Shown in pieces: positions 21,501 through 30,876 of a stretch of DNA of 64,000 nt (positions within the stretch are counted from its first letter, which is position 1; the number at the start of each line of letters is the position of its first letter). This DNA is from Candidatus Helarchaeota archaeon. GTDB lineage: Archaea > Asgardarchaeota > Lokiarchaeia > Helarchaeales > RDOG01. A model generated the notes under the pieces. The model made no database searches, was not told where the DNA came from, and saw only the letters and a list, made by a program, of their open reading frames with translations. The stretch covers positions 64,001 through 128,000 of the forward strand of contig JAHPZH010000002.1 of NCBI GenBank assembly GCA_019058315.1, read 5' to 3'. Made by a program: the position numbers and the translations under genes.

Positions 21501-21887
21501 GATGCTAGGATTCCAGCTATCGCCATCGTTCCATCCATAATTATCTGATACCATGATTGGATCAGACCAACCTGAATCATTATAACAAAGATAAAAAATG
21601 TCAAAATCATAGTCAGGATAACCAGTATCCTTCCGCCAAACTATATGAATATTTTCATCATTATCTGTTGCGATACTAAAACTTTCACCTATATATTCTG
21701 GAATTATTGTTACATTAGGCCAACCAGACCAATTAGAAATACCGACATTAAAATTTTCATGCCTTTTATTCAATGGAAGGTTTACATTAATAGGGTTATT
21801 TGGCACATATAAAAGTATAAAAATAACTGGAATCAATAGAATTAGAATAAGGATGTAAAAATTTATACGATTATTTTTATTTTTCAT
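18528..21887 (-). CDS. Large membrane-anchored surface glycoprotein: beta-propeller-like repeats, five ~102-aa Ig-like repeats, TM, cytoplasmic helical tail
   Basis: N-terminal signal anchor; about seven WSNATVISD...PSIATD..G.IHVVW.D repeats; five P.IVSVSR.P..PNN...GYWNYTIP repeats; many N-x-S/T sequons. Confidence 0.88.
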   Translation of the reverse strand: MKNKNNRINFYILILILLIPVIFILLYVPNNPINVNLPLNKRHENFNVGISNWSGWPNVTIIPEYIGESFSIATDNDENIHIVWRKDTGYPDYDFDIFYLCYNDSGWSDPIMVSDNYGWNDGDSWNPSITTDNNGNIHVVWSDETVGEWGGGISDREIMYANYSGSGWSNATVISDDSTGWNDGNSFGPSIATDKNGDIHVVWRDCTFGEWGTDNEIMYANYSAGVWSNATVISDDSTGWNDGNSFSPSITTDENGNIHVVWRDDTNGEWGTDEEIMYTNCTTAGWSNATVISDVFGWNDGDSLNPCIATDLNGYVHVAWQDYTVGEWTNSIYDTEIMYANYTATGWSNATVISDDYTGWNKNYSWRPSIAVDNNGIVHVIWEDWQYGIGSPEFPDSEIMYTNYTAAGWSNATIISDDYTGWNDGASWNPSIAMDNNSVLHVIWQDETDGEWGTSEVSMYSVNNDIYNPNLLSVSRYPMVPNNLNTVNITVHSADNLKIDTVIINSNHTGTSADYVMDFVSGYKNDGYWDYIIPTLPAGATITYTIWVNDSSNNSDINGPYQYTVIDGESPDIVSVSREPINPNNLDSVNITVHITENVGIGVVLLTSNHSGIPYNYSMNHLSGTLQDGYWNYTIPAVPTGTIISYSIWANDTSNIPNTEGPYQYTVGDSEGPNIVSVLREPTNPNNLDSVNITAHITDNIGVHVVFLTSNHSGTPYNYSMNHLSGTLQDGYWNYTIPPVAVGTSVSYSIWGNDTYGNYDTNGSYQYIIVDGESPDIISVSRDPTNPNNLNLVNITAHITDNIGIHVVFLTSNHSGTPYNYSMNHLSGTLQNGYWNYTIPALSVGTTISYSVWVNDTSNIPNIDGPYQYNVRDGENPNIISVSRVPMQPTNQDNVTIYVHIQDNVGVETVLININHTGTYQYIEMTFFNGTLQNGYWSYTVPRYGKGITINYSIWTNDSNNNNVSSTIYGYVIIETEEPIEPSIIIVLAFSSEDNIIIFLSSPMSIIIIIGAIAAVSTISIVVKFRKEPEELGLTDKNLNTKLKKLAKIKNPLDTIKDERIKNYFKREFNILSIDEINTIIKIDIPKSEKIELLKELASLSTNKRNEFIEMLKRIKDNE

Positions 21888-21968
21888 ATTTTTCCCTTGT
21901 TATTATTTTTCTAAACTACATGCATATCAAGATATTAGTTCAACAGTTGTTGGAATATTTAAATGAAA

Positions 21969-22043
21969 TACGTCCAATCTTTTTCGCTCTACGTCCATTT
22001 TTCTTTGCATTACGTCCATTTTTTTTTGCATTACGTCCATTTT
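21969..22043. repeat. Four direct repeats with core TACGTCCA at an exact 21-bp period
   Basis: Core starts at 21969, 21990, 22011 and 22032, separated by T-rich spacers. Confidence 0.9.
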
Positions 22044-22148
22044 GTATATACAAGAAAAATTTAAACAGATTATCTAATCATTTTAATTTAATTAACAAAT
22101 TGAAATTACTATTAAAGAATAAAATTAATTGTAAATAGGATATAAAGG

Positions 22149-23684
22149 TTGATTAAAATTAGCGAAAAGTTAAACGTTCTATTTTTTATAACTGACCAGA
22201 TGCGAGCTGATCATTTAGGATGTGCTGGAAATCCTATGATTAAGACACCCAATCTTGATGCACTTGCAAAAGATGGGGTGAGATTTTCACGCTTTTATTG
22301 TTCAAACCCCGTGTGTATGCCTAATAGAGCAACGTTTTTTACGGGACTTTACCCAAGTCTCCATGGTGTTAGGTGCAATGGAATCAACTTAGATCCTGAA
22401 ATACCTACAATTACTCAAACTTTACATAATGCGGGATACCATACGGCATCAATGGGTAAGATTCACTTAAATTGGCTAGCCCAAGGATACTCCCGAAAAT
22501 TTAAATCGTATGAAGCTTGGTTTGATTGGCTTTATAAACCGAGGGAAAAGGTTCTACAAATTCCGATACCATATTATGGATTGGATGAAGTGGAAATCAC
22601 AATTGGACATGGTGATACTATGGGTGGACATTATATAGACTGGCTTGAAAAAAAAGCTCCAGGTATGTTTGATTCATTAAAACAAAGAAATATCAGATTT
22701 TTGGAGGAATTATATTATGATACTCCTCTTCCAGCAGATTTATATCAAACAAATTATGTAACAGAAAGAACTATCGCATTTCTTGAACGGTTCTCACAAG
22801 GAGATTATAAAGAAAAGCCATTTTTTTTACATTGCTCTTATCCAGATCCCCACCATCCTGTCTGTCCTCCTCTACCATACAGAGACATGTATAAACCAGA
22901 AGAAATAAACCTATCTCCTGCATTTGTTGAATCATTAGAGGATCATGAAATGCTTGGGGCAGCACTTCAGAATCCTGTCATAGCAAGAATGGTTTTACGA
23001 GTAAGCACCGAAGAAGAAATACGCAAATTTTTAGCGTATACCTATGGTTCGATTAGTTGTATTGACCATGGCATAGGTCAGATCTTGGCATCTTTGAAAT
23101 CACTAGGACTCGAAAAAAATACTTTAATAATTTTTACAAGCGATCATGGAGATTTAGGTGGCGATTACAAGCTTCTACTGAAAGGACCCGCTCATTACAG
23201 AGGACTTTTAACTGTTCCTTCACTATGGAAAGTACCAGGAATTACAAAAAAAGGGACAGTTACAGACTCGCTTGCTAGTACGATCGATATACCAACCACA
23301 ATATTGTCCTTATTAAATATCGATAAGGAACTTTATCCACCCGAAATGCAAGGAGTTGATTTAACACCAATTTTAAAAGATCCTAAAACAAAAGTACAAG
23401 ACCATGTTATAATAGAAGAGGATGAAGAGCTTCCTAAGATGAAAAAAGCTATCGATACTAATGTTAGATTGCGAACAATGATTACAGAAACCCACAGGAT
23501 TACAATCCGACAAGGATACGAACAATGGGGCGAGATTATCAACCTCAAAAATGATCTGGTTGAAATGAATAATCTATGGTTTGATGATAATTCTAAAGAG
23601 CTTAGATTTAAATTGCTCAATAAATTCACCCATGAATTATTGAATATACAAAGTAGATTACCAAAAAAACAAGCTCTTACATAA
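22149..23684 (+). CDS. Sulfatase (Cys-type, arylsulfatase A-like)
   Basis: TDQ.R.D, CMPNRA..FTG (CxPxR), GKIH, PHHP, SDHG. Confidence 0.93.
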   Translation: MIKISEKLNVLFFITDQMRADHLGCAGNPMIKTPNLDALAKDGVRFSRFYCSNPVCMPNRATFFTGLYPSLHGVRCNGINLDPEIPTITQTLHNAGYHTASMGKIHLNWLAQGYSRKFKSYEAWFDWLYKPREKVLQIPIPYYGLDEVEITIGHGDTMGGHYIDWLEKKAPGMFDSLKQRNIRFLEELYYDTPLPADLYQTNYVTERTIAFLERFSQGDYKEKPFFLHCSYPDPHHPVCPPLPYRDMYKPEEINLSPAFVESLEDHEMLGAALQNPVIARMVLRVSTEEEIRKFLAYTYGSISCIDHGIGQILASLKSLGLEKNTLIIFTSDHGDLGGDYKLLLKGPAHYRGLLTVPSLWKVPGITKKGTVTDSLASTIDIPTTILSLLNIDKELYPPEMQGVDLTPILKDPKTKVQDHVIIEEDEELPKMKKAIDTNVRLRTMITETHRITIRQGYEQWGEIINLKNDLVEMNNLWFDDNSKELRFKLLNKFTHELLNIQSRLPKKQALT

Positions 23685-23692
23685 TTTTTATA

Positions 23693-23740
23693 GCTGATCA
23701 TTTAGGTTACGCAAGAATTTTTTTGTTAAAGACTCCAAAT
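23693..23740 (+). pseudogene. 16-codon remnant of a sulfatase N-terminus
   Basis: Translates as ADHLGYARIFLLKTPN versus ADHLGCAGNPMIKTPN in the upstream gene; GCTGATCATTTAGG is identical. Confidence 0.6.
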
Positions 23741-23830
23741 AGCCATTTTATAAGCCCTAATTTTTATTATGTTGTACGACTAACATAAATAAATATTAAA
23801 AAAAAATAATTAGATACCCTAAAAAAGCAG

Positions 23831-25372
23831 TTGATTAAAATTAGTGAAAAAAAAAACGTTCTTTTTATAATAACCGACCAATTACGTGCCGATCATTTAG
23901 AATGTGCTGGAAATCCTGTTATTAAGACGCCTAATCTTGATAAACTTGCAAAAGATGGGCTAAGATTCACACGTTTTTATTGTTCAAACCCGATGTGCAT
24001 GCCTAATAGGGCAACATTCTTTACAGGACTGTACCCTAGTCTCCATGGAGTTAGATGTAATGGTATTAATCTAAATACTAAAATTCCTACAATTACCCAG
24101 ACTTTGCATGATGCAGGATATCACACGGCATCAATGGGTAAGATTCACTTGAATTGGTCTGCTCCCGGATACTCTAGAAAATATAAATCAGTTGAATGTT
24201 CAACTGATTGGCTTTTTAAGCCTAAAAATAAGCGTCCAAAGATTCCAATACCATATTATGGATTGGATGAAGTAGAAATTGTAATCGGTCATGGAGATGC
24301 TGTTAGTGGACATTATTTGGATTGGCTTGAAGAAAAAACTAAAGGCACGGGCATTCTTGAGGATTTAAAAGCAAGATCTGCTAGAGCTTTTGAGAAGATT
24401 TATTATGACACTCCCCTCACAAAGGATCTTTATCAAACCACTTATGTAACGGAAAGAACAATTGCATTTCTTAAAAGATTTTCTGAAGGAAAATATGAAG
24501 GTAAACCATTCTTCATGCATTGTTCTTATCCAGATCCTCATCATCCTGTTTGTCCTCCTGCACCATATAGAGACATGTATAAGCCGGAAGAGATAAACCT
24601 ACCTCCTGCTTACATTGAATCACTAGAGGATCATGAATTAATAGGACCCGCTTTAAGAAATCCAATCATCGCAGCCATGGTTTTACGAAAAAGTACTGAA
24701 GAAGAAATACGCAAATTCTTGGCGTATACTTATAGTGCCATTACAATGATTGACCACGGAGTTGGTCAAATCTTAGAAGCATTAAAAACACTAGGACTCG
24801 AAAATAATACTATGGTAATATTTACGAGCGACCATGGAGATTTAGGCGGAGATTACAAACTCTTATTAAAAGGTCCAGCTCCTTATAAAGGAGTTCTAAA
24901 TATTCCATTAATTTGGAAAATACCCGGATTTACTAAAGAAGGGACGATCACGGATTCGCTTGCCTCTACTATTGATTTACCAACTACAATATTATCTTTA
25001 TTAAATATCGATAAAAAATTATATCCACCTGAGATGCTAGGATATGATTTAACACCAGTTTTAAAGGATCCGAAAGTTAAGGTACGAGATCATGTTATTA
25101 TTGAAGAGGATGAAGAATTGCCAATGATGAAAAAAGAAAGACAAGCCAATGTAAGACTACGAACAATGATTACAGAAACACATAGAATTAGTATCAGTTA
25201 TGGCTATGAACATTTTGGTGAAATTATAGATCTTAAGAATGATCCTCTCGAAATTAATAATTTATGGTTTTATGAAAACTCTAAAGAGCTAAGATTTAAA
25301 TTACTCAATAAGTTAACTCATGAATTATTAAATCTTCAAAGTAGACTGCCTCGCAAACAAGCCTTGACATGA
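23831..25372 (+). CDS. Sulfatase (Cys-type), tandem paralogue
   Basis: Same motifs; both copies end KQALT. Confidence 0.93.
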   Translation: MIKISEKKNVLFIITDQLRADHLECAGNPVIKTPNLDKLAKDGLRFTRFYCSNPMCMPNRATFFTGLYPSLHGVRCNGINLNTKIPTITQTLHDAGYHTASMGKIHLNWSAPGYSRKYKSVECSTDWLFKPKNKRPKIPIPYYGLDEVEIVIGHGDAVSGHYLDWLEEKTKGTGILEDLKARSARAFEKIYYDTPLTKDLYQTTYVTERTIAFLKRFSEGKYEGKPFFMHCSYPDPHHPVCPPAPYRDMYKPEEINLPPAYIESLEDHELIGPALRNPIIAAMVLRKSTEEEIRKFLAYTYSAITMIDHGVGQILEALKTLGLENNTMVIFTSDHGDLGGDYKLLLKGPAPYKGVLNIPLIWKIPGFTKEGTITDSLASTIDLPTTILSLLNIDKKLYPPEMLGYDLTPVLKDPKVKVRDHVIIEEDEELPMMKKERQANVRLRTMITETHRISISYGYEHFGEIIDLKNDPLEINNLWFYENSKELRFKLLNKLTHELLNLQSRLPRKQALT

Positions 25373-25398
25373 TTTTTTTATTAAAAATTCCTTTAATT

Positions 25399-25875
25399 TC
25401 ATCTTTTAGCACGTTTACGCCAAAAAGGAAGCGATTTAACTAAATCTCCACGCCAGGATTCACCAATATCTTCATTTTTTATCCACCAATTTATAATGTC
25501 TAATATGACATCTGCTTGTGCTGTGGATAATATCTTTAACCTTTTATCTCGATATTTTTTGAAATCACGTTCGCCTGGATAATGGAATAAATTCTGAACT
25601 AAAAGATCAAAACTGACAGAATCTATATCTTCGAGGGCAGCTTCTAAAATTACTGGTAAAAAGTAGTGAAATGCATTTTCATTTAATAACGTAAATTCTG
25701 CGGACATAAATAAAATATCATCTTTATTTAGTTTTTCTCGAGTCTTATTTCCAAATCTCCTCTCAATCTCTCTACATATCTTTCGGGGACATCCATCAGA
25801 AGCTGTTTTTGGCTGTTTTACGGATGAAAAAACTGCTCTTAATCGATTAATTAGACTCTGTTTATTAATTTCCAT
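25399..25875 (-). CDS. Hypothetical protein (DUF6714-like)
   Basis: L....F.YFLP and LS..Q...I motifs (recall only). Confidence 0.55.
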   Translation of the reverse strand: MEINKQSLINRLRAVFSSVKQPKTASDGCPRKICREIERRFGNKTREKLNKDDILFMSAEFTLLNENAFHYFLPVILEAALEDIDSVSFDLLVQNLFHYPGERDFKKYRDKRLKILSTAQADVILDIINWWIKNEDIGESWRGDLVKSLPFWRKRAKR

Positions 25876-26236
25876 AATTATCCAAGATTTTATTTAATAA
25901 TACTAAATCAAAAAGAAATATTATATTATTAATGTTTATGTGTAATGCCTTTGATTTAGAATTTATAGGAAAAGCTCAATATGTAAATGATAATTTTTAT
26001 TCTTTATCTTAAACTTGAAACGACTTTTTTCAAAAGACGTTTCCAATTCCTTTCCCTTTCTTCTTTCCAATCTCCGAAATTATTAATTTCTATTTTTGGG
26101 GAACTATGATAATTCCAAACAAGATCAAAAATTCTCATAAATAAATGAATAAATTTTCTATTTTAAAAAGAGTTAGGTAAAATGAATTTGAGATGATTTC
26201 ATTTATAAAAACTCGAATTGAGTTAGAAGAAGAAAA

Positions 26237-26809
26237 TTAAGTTTCTTTTATTGGTTTATAATCTTCTTTTGTCAAACCAAATGTCCAAGCTATTGCTTCT
26301 TTACAAGTATGGACTGTATGAGGCACTGCTAAAACATAAATTTCCTTTGTTGTTGCATCTTCGACCTTTACTAATTTCATAGGTGTCATACTTTTACCTA
26401 AATCAACTACAATTAATTGGGAGCTTCCATCTTGATGTTCAACAAAACCTCCTAATTCACGAAACAATCTATCAATACCAAAACGTCTCATTAAAAGGCT
26501 TCTAATTTCAATATTTTTACAATTTAATATTTCACGTGCGGTTATTGTGTCGAGCTTAAAAAATAACTGATAATCTTTAAGTCTCTCTAAGATTTGATAT
26601 TCTTTCCAACGTCCCTTGTTTTTTCGGAAAAAATTTTGTAAATTACCTTCATGTTTCCCGTTTTTATCAATCCAAAAGAAACGACTGTCCCTTGTTATGC
26701 CTAATTTCCTATCATCTTGAAGCCAAAGTATTCCACGCCACAATCTTGAAGGTATTAAATGTTCTTTATTCAAAAAATCCTTTAAGATTTCTTTAGTCTT
26801 TTGATGCAT
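26237..26809 (-). CDS. DUF6745-like protein
   Basis: N.E.R......G, V...D.TT...Y.L.VP, A.AWTFGL, C-terminal ET. Confidence 0.7.
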   Translation of the reverse strand: MHQKTKEILKDFLNKEHLIPSRLWRGILWLQDDRKLGITRDSRFFWIDKNGKHEGNLQNFFRKNKGRWKEYQILERLKDYQLFFKLDTITAREILNCKNIEIRSLLMRRFGIDRLFRELGGFVEHQDGSSQLIVVDLGKSMTPMKLVKVEDATTKEIYVLAVPHTVHTCKEAIAWTFGLTKEDYKPIKET

Positions 26810-27108
26810 TAATCAGTTACCCAAGGATCTCTCTTTGTTATTGGATCAAACTCTCTCTGTCTTGTAACTTCATAAATTCCAGGTTCTAATTCAATAGGTG
26901 CGTGTTCTTCGTGAACTAATGCTCCACCACTATATACTTCTAAATACATTTGACTACCCCAACTGTAAATTGAACCATTTTGTATTCGATGTGCATGTCC
27001 TGTTGCTTCACCCATAACAATAATATCTGTTTCTAATTTTTTTACTTTTTTTGGAAGTTTTTCAATCTTTTTAACTAAAACATCACCTTGTCTATATATT
27101 TTACTCAA
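26809..27108 (-). CDS. Small His-rich beta protein, usual partner of DUF6745
   Basis: YRQGDV, GEATGHAH, HEEH, L.PG.YEV.RQRE.DP; stop overlaps the next start. Confidence 0.72.
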   Translation of the reverse strand: MSKIYRQGDVLVKKIEKLPKKVKKLETDIIVMGEATGHAHRIQNGSIYSWGSQMYLEVYSGGALVHEEHAPIELEPGIYEVTRQREFDPITKRDPWVTD

Positions 27109-27288
27109 AAAAACACCTCTAATTTTTCTTAATGTTCCTAATATCGAAAATTTCGATCCTTATTTTTTAGTTTTTCTAGCTACTGATTGTTTTCTCGAAA
27201 AACTTAAAGGAAAACTTTTCTTATTTTTGTTGTTTAATACAGATTTATAAATTTATGTAATTTGAATAGAATGATTTGGGCCTAAAAT

Positions 27289-28311
27289 TTGAAGGATTTT
27301 AAATCTGAACTTAGTAATATTGAGGGTGTATATCGATTCAAAATCGAAGTTCCTTATGATGTTAAATTTGTTTGTGTATATCTATTTCAACTCGATAATA
27401 AAAACATCCTATTTGATGCAGGTTTAGATTTTGGCGAATGGAGCAAATCTTTTTTTTCATTACTTCAAGAGACAGGCATTTCAATAAAGGAAATTGATTA
27501 TTGCATTGTTTCACATCATCATGTAGATCACATTGGACTTCTTAAAAAATTTAAACGCAAAAATCCCAATATGCAAATATTAATGAATGAAATTACTAAT
27601 AACATATTAAAATGGGAAAATGATGTTAGAAAGACCAAAGATATTGAATCCGAGACGAATGAACTCATTAAAAAAATGAAAAGTTTTGGTCTTAGTGAAA
27701 TAAATGGAAGAAAGATGGTTCGTTGGTTTAAGATGTGGCCAAATTTAAGAAAATACCATGAACCAGATAAATTATTACACGATGGAGATGAGATTTCTTT
27801 CGGAAAAAGTAAATTAAAAATAATTTGGACCCCAGGTCACTCTTTAGGGCATATATGCGTTTTTGATTATACTAATAAACATCTTTTTTCGGGGGATCAT
27901 ATTCTTTCTGGAATTACACCACACATTGGGTTATTTGTTGTTAATCCATTACTTGATGAAAATTATAATTTTGAAAATATATTAGAGCATTACTTAAAAT
28001 CTCTAGATAGAATTGATAAATTGAATCCAAAAATAATTTTCCCTGCGCACCAAGAAATCATTTATCATCCCCATGAACGTATCTTAGCAATTAAAGAACA
28101 TCATAATAATAGACTAAAGGAAATTTCAAGTATAATTAAAAATAATCCAATGAGTCCTGTTAAAATTTCTCGAATTCACTTTGGATCTGATTTGGATCCA
28201 ATTAACTCATTCCTTGCACTGAGTGAGGTTGTAGCTCATCTAACGTTTTTAGAAAACCAAGATAAAGTGAAACGAATTGAAAAAGATGGAAAATATTTAT
28301 TCAAATGCTGA
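27289..28311 (+). CDS. Metallo-beta-lactamase fold hydrolase with C-terminal winged helix
   Basis: SHHHVDHIG, TPGHS.GH, SGDH, PAH. Confidence 0.9.
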   Translation: MKDFKSELSNIEGVYRFKIEVPYDVKFVCVYLFQLDNKNILFDAGLDFGEWSKSFFSLLQETGISIKEIDYCIVSHHHVDHIGLLKKFKRKNPNMQILMNEITNNILKWENDVRKTKDIESETNELIKKMKSFGLSEINGRKMVRWFKMWPNLRKYHEPDKLLHDGDEISFGKSKLKIIWTPGHSLGHICVFDYTNKHLFSGDHILSGITPHIGLFVVNPLLDENYNFENILEHYLKSLDRIDKLNPKIIFPAHQEIIYHPHERILAIKEHHNNRLKEISSIIKNNPMSPVKISRIHFGSDLDPINSFLALSEVVAHLTFLENQDKVKRIEKDGKYLFKC

Positions 28312-28326
28312 TATGAATGGGGAATT

Positions 28327-29118
28327 ATGGAATCATTAAATTATGATAAAATGTCTAAATACTATGATGAAACAAGAATTTTTAATCAAAATTGTTTTAA
28401 TAAAGCAATTGATTATATTGTAAAACGGTTTCCTCCAAATATTTATAAGAAATTGTTTGAACCAGGAATAGGGACTGGTAGAATTTCAATTCCATTAGCT
28501 CTAAGGGGATATAATATATATGGTATTGATATTTCAACCGAAATGTTAAAAATATTACAGAAACGACTAGATCAGATCAAAAATATAAATTTTGTTTATA
28601 AAAAGGCTGATGCAACAAAAATCCCTTATAATACAAATGAATTTAATTTGGCTATAATTGTTTATCTTTTTTATTTTATTAAAGAATGGAAAAAAGCAGT
28701 CAATGAAATTATAAGAGTAGTAGATGGGCCAATAATTTTAATGCATACTGGTTATGGGGAAGAAGTACCATTTTTAAACGAAAGATATAAGCAATTATCG
28801 GAAAAATTTGGTTTTTCTATTAAAAATATTGGAGTTAAAAGTACAAAGGAAGTAGTAACTTATTTAGAAAATTTAGGATATCAAACCGAATGGATAAAAG
28901 ATAAATGGAAATGGAAATCACACATTCAACTTAATGAAGCAATTGATTATTTAGAAAAAAGAGCATATTCATTTTCTACTTTTCCTCCTGAAGATATACA
29001 CGTCAAGGTAATAAGAAATTTAAGAAATGAAATTAAAGCGAAATATGGAAAAATAGAGGAGTCAATAGAGGTTACTAATCAAGTTTATTTTGGAATAGTC
29101 CAAAAAAAGCCTTCTTGA
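28327..29118 (+). CDS. Class I SAM-dependent methyltransferase
   Basis: EPGIGTGR, GIDIS.EML, ADA. Confidence 0.88.
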   Translation: MESLNYDKMSKYYDETRIFNQNCFNKAIDYIVKRFPPNIYKKLFEPGIGTGRISIPLALRGYNIYGIDISTEMLKILQKRLDQIKNINFVYKKADATKIPYNTNEFNLAIIVYLFYFIKEWKKAVNEIIRVVDGPIILMHTGYGEEVPFLNERYKQLSEKFGFSIKNIGVKSTKEVVTYLENLGYQTEWIKDKWKWKSHIQLNEAIDYLEKRAYSFSTFPPEDIHVKVIRNLRNEIKAKYGKIEESIEVTNQVYFGIVQKKPS

Positions 29119-29158
29119 ACCAAATAAGAGAATAATCCAGTTTAACTCGAATAAGGTT

Positions 29159-30190
29159 TTATAATTTTTCAATTGATTCTTTTTTTTCGGTTTCTGATGA
29201 TTTATATAGTGCCTTAATCAATCTCAACACTTTAGAACTTTCTTCTATGGTGTTTAAATAAGGTTTATCATGTAATATCCACTCTGTAAATGCTTTAATT
29301 GAATTTACTAAATGTGGTAGTTCTTTTTTTTGTGGGTCCATCTCAAGAGAGTAATTTTCTACACCCTTCCATTTCAAGGAACTAGGCCATGGACCATTAT
29401 AAAAGCAATGTCCCTTCTCACCAAATATTTTTAATTCCACTTTGTCTTGTAAAACACTTATTGGAGGAGTAATCAAGGAAGCACAATTGATTTGTGCATG
29501 AACTTTGTTTTCAAATTCTACAATTCCGAAGCCAACATCTTCAACTTCGATTAAATCCGGAAATTTTAATGTATCTATTTTTCCCATAATTGAAATTGGC
29601 TCGCCTAATGCCCATATCATTATATCAATGATGTGAGAACCATGAATTAATAGGGTTCCACCCCCAGAAGTATCCCATTTTGTTCTCCACATCCCTTGTT
29701 TAAAATAAGCCTCATCTCGACTGAAAAAAATATTACAATTTGTATAGTAAATTTTACCCAAATGCCCATTTTGAACGGCAGAAGCTAATTCATGACAAAC
29801 AGGGTCATAGCGATAATTATAATTAAAACCAAGTTTTAAATTGCGATATTTTTTATCTAATTTGTTTATTATACGAGCATCCTCTACTGAACAAGCGACA
29901 GGTTTTTCGCATAAAATATGTTTTTCTGCTTTAAAAGCTTGCTTAATCTGGGGCATATGGAGATGATGGGGAGTGGCAATATAGACCGTATCAATTTCTT
30001 CTTTATTATACATCTGATCGATATCTGTATAAGCATGGCTTTTTCCCCCAATTGATTTAGCTTTTTTTAAATCGACATCTGTAGCCGCAACAATCTTTAG
30101 ATTTTCAACTTTTCTTCCCATATACTTAAAAAGGTTTGAAAACATCCCGCAACCAATAACACCTACTTTTATCAATTCTTTTTCTCCCAA
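29159..30190 (-). CDS. Gfo/Idh/MocA oxidoreductase
   Basis: GVIGCG, IATP...H, CEKP, GGG.L...G.H.ID. Confidence 0.92.
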   Translation of the reverse strand: MGEKELIKVGVIGCGMFSNLFKYMGRKVENLKIVAATDVDLKKAKSIGGKSHAYTDIDQMYNKEEIDTVYIATPHHLHMPQIKQAFKAEKHILCEKPVACSVEDARIINKLDKKYRNLKLGFNYNYRYDPVCHELASAVQNGHLGKIYYTNCNIFFSRDEAYFKQGMWRTKWDTSGGGTLLIHGSHIIDIMIWALGEPISIMGKIDTLKFPDLIEVEDVGFGIVEFENKVHAQINCASLITPPISVLQDKVELKIFGEKGHCFYNGPWPSSLKWKGVENYSLEMDPQKKELPHLVNSIKAFTEWILHDKPYLNTIEESSKVLRLIKALYKSSETEKKESIEKL

Positions 30191-30204
30191 TTACTCACCC
30201 TATC

Positions 30205-30846
30205 TTATTTTTGCCCCTCTAAAACCCATTCTACAGCTCTTTGTATAATTGATCTGAAAACTTCTTTTTTTAGGGATAGCACCCCATGTCCTAACGAACA
30301 AAAAAAAACTCTACCTTTTCCATAATTTTTGATCCACATTAATGGTTCAGGTTTAGGATCATCAGGATCATGATAATCTGCTTCAGCTAAGACATGAATA
30401 TCATTACCCATAGAAAAATCATGTCGATAGGGTTCATCTTTAAAGGAAAAATCATCCAATCCTTTAATAATTTGATGATTTCTATCCAGAATTTTAATAT
30501 CGAAAGTTTGTATTCCTTTATGGCTAATAAATCGCCCACCTAGCATTTCAAAATATTTAGGATGCTCTTTAAATGAAGCAGATGCACCATGTAATCCAAT
30601 AAACCCTTTCCCAATTCTAACAAAATCTAGAATGTTTTTTTCTTGTGTTTCGGTTAATTCTCCCATTTGACTGAAAAAAATTGTTGTATCATAGGAGAAA
30701 AAATCTTTTCCGCTAAAAATATCTGTATTATCATACATACCTATTAAACAATTTGGTAAAATCTCTTTAAAACGTTTATAAATGGTTTTAAACGACGAAT
30801 ATCTCCCACCAAGATATAACAAGATCTTATTTTTTTTATTACTCAT
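30205..30846 (-). CDS. ThuA (trehalose utilisation) domain protein
   Basis: G.GFIGLH, GG.F..H, DE.Y, W...YGKGRVF..SLGH. Confidence 0.88.
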   Translation of the reverse strand: MSNKKNKILLYLGGRYSSFKTIYKRFKEILPNCLIGMYDNTDIFSGKDFFSYDTTIFFSQMGELTETQEKNILDFVRIGKGFIGLHGASASFKEHPKYFEMLGGRFISHKGIQTFDIKILDRNHQIIKGLDDFSFKDEPYRHDFSMGNDIHVLAEADYHDPDDPKPEPLMWIKNYGKGRVFFCSLGHGVLSLKKEVFRSIIQRAVEWVLEGQK

Positions 30847-30876
30847 TTTTCAAATCCTATTTTGATTGTACAAAAA

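Noticed and set aside
21920-22138. 72-aa ORF with RPFFFAL repeats; CRISPR interpretation of the array
   Set aside because: By-product of the 21-bp DNA repeat; units are too short, have no unique spacers, and no cas genes are present
26004-26138. 44-aa minus-strand ORF MRIFDLVW...
   Set aside because: No motif; cannot be distinguished from a gene remnant or chance
28306-28329. Cys-TGA at the end of the MBL gene, in frame with the next methyltransferase (possible Sec read-through)
   Set aside because: Both domains are complete, in-frame spacing is a 1-in-3 chance event, and no SECIS was seen
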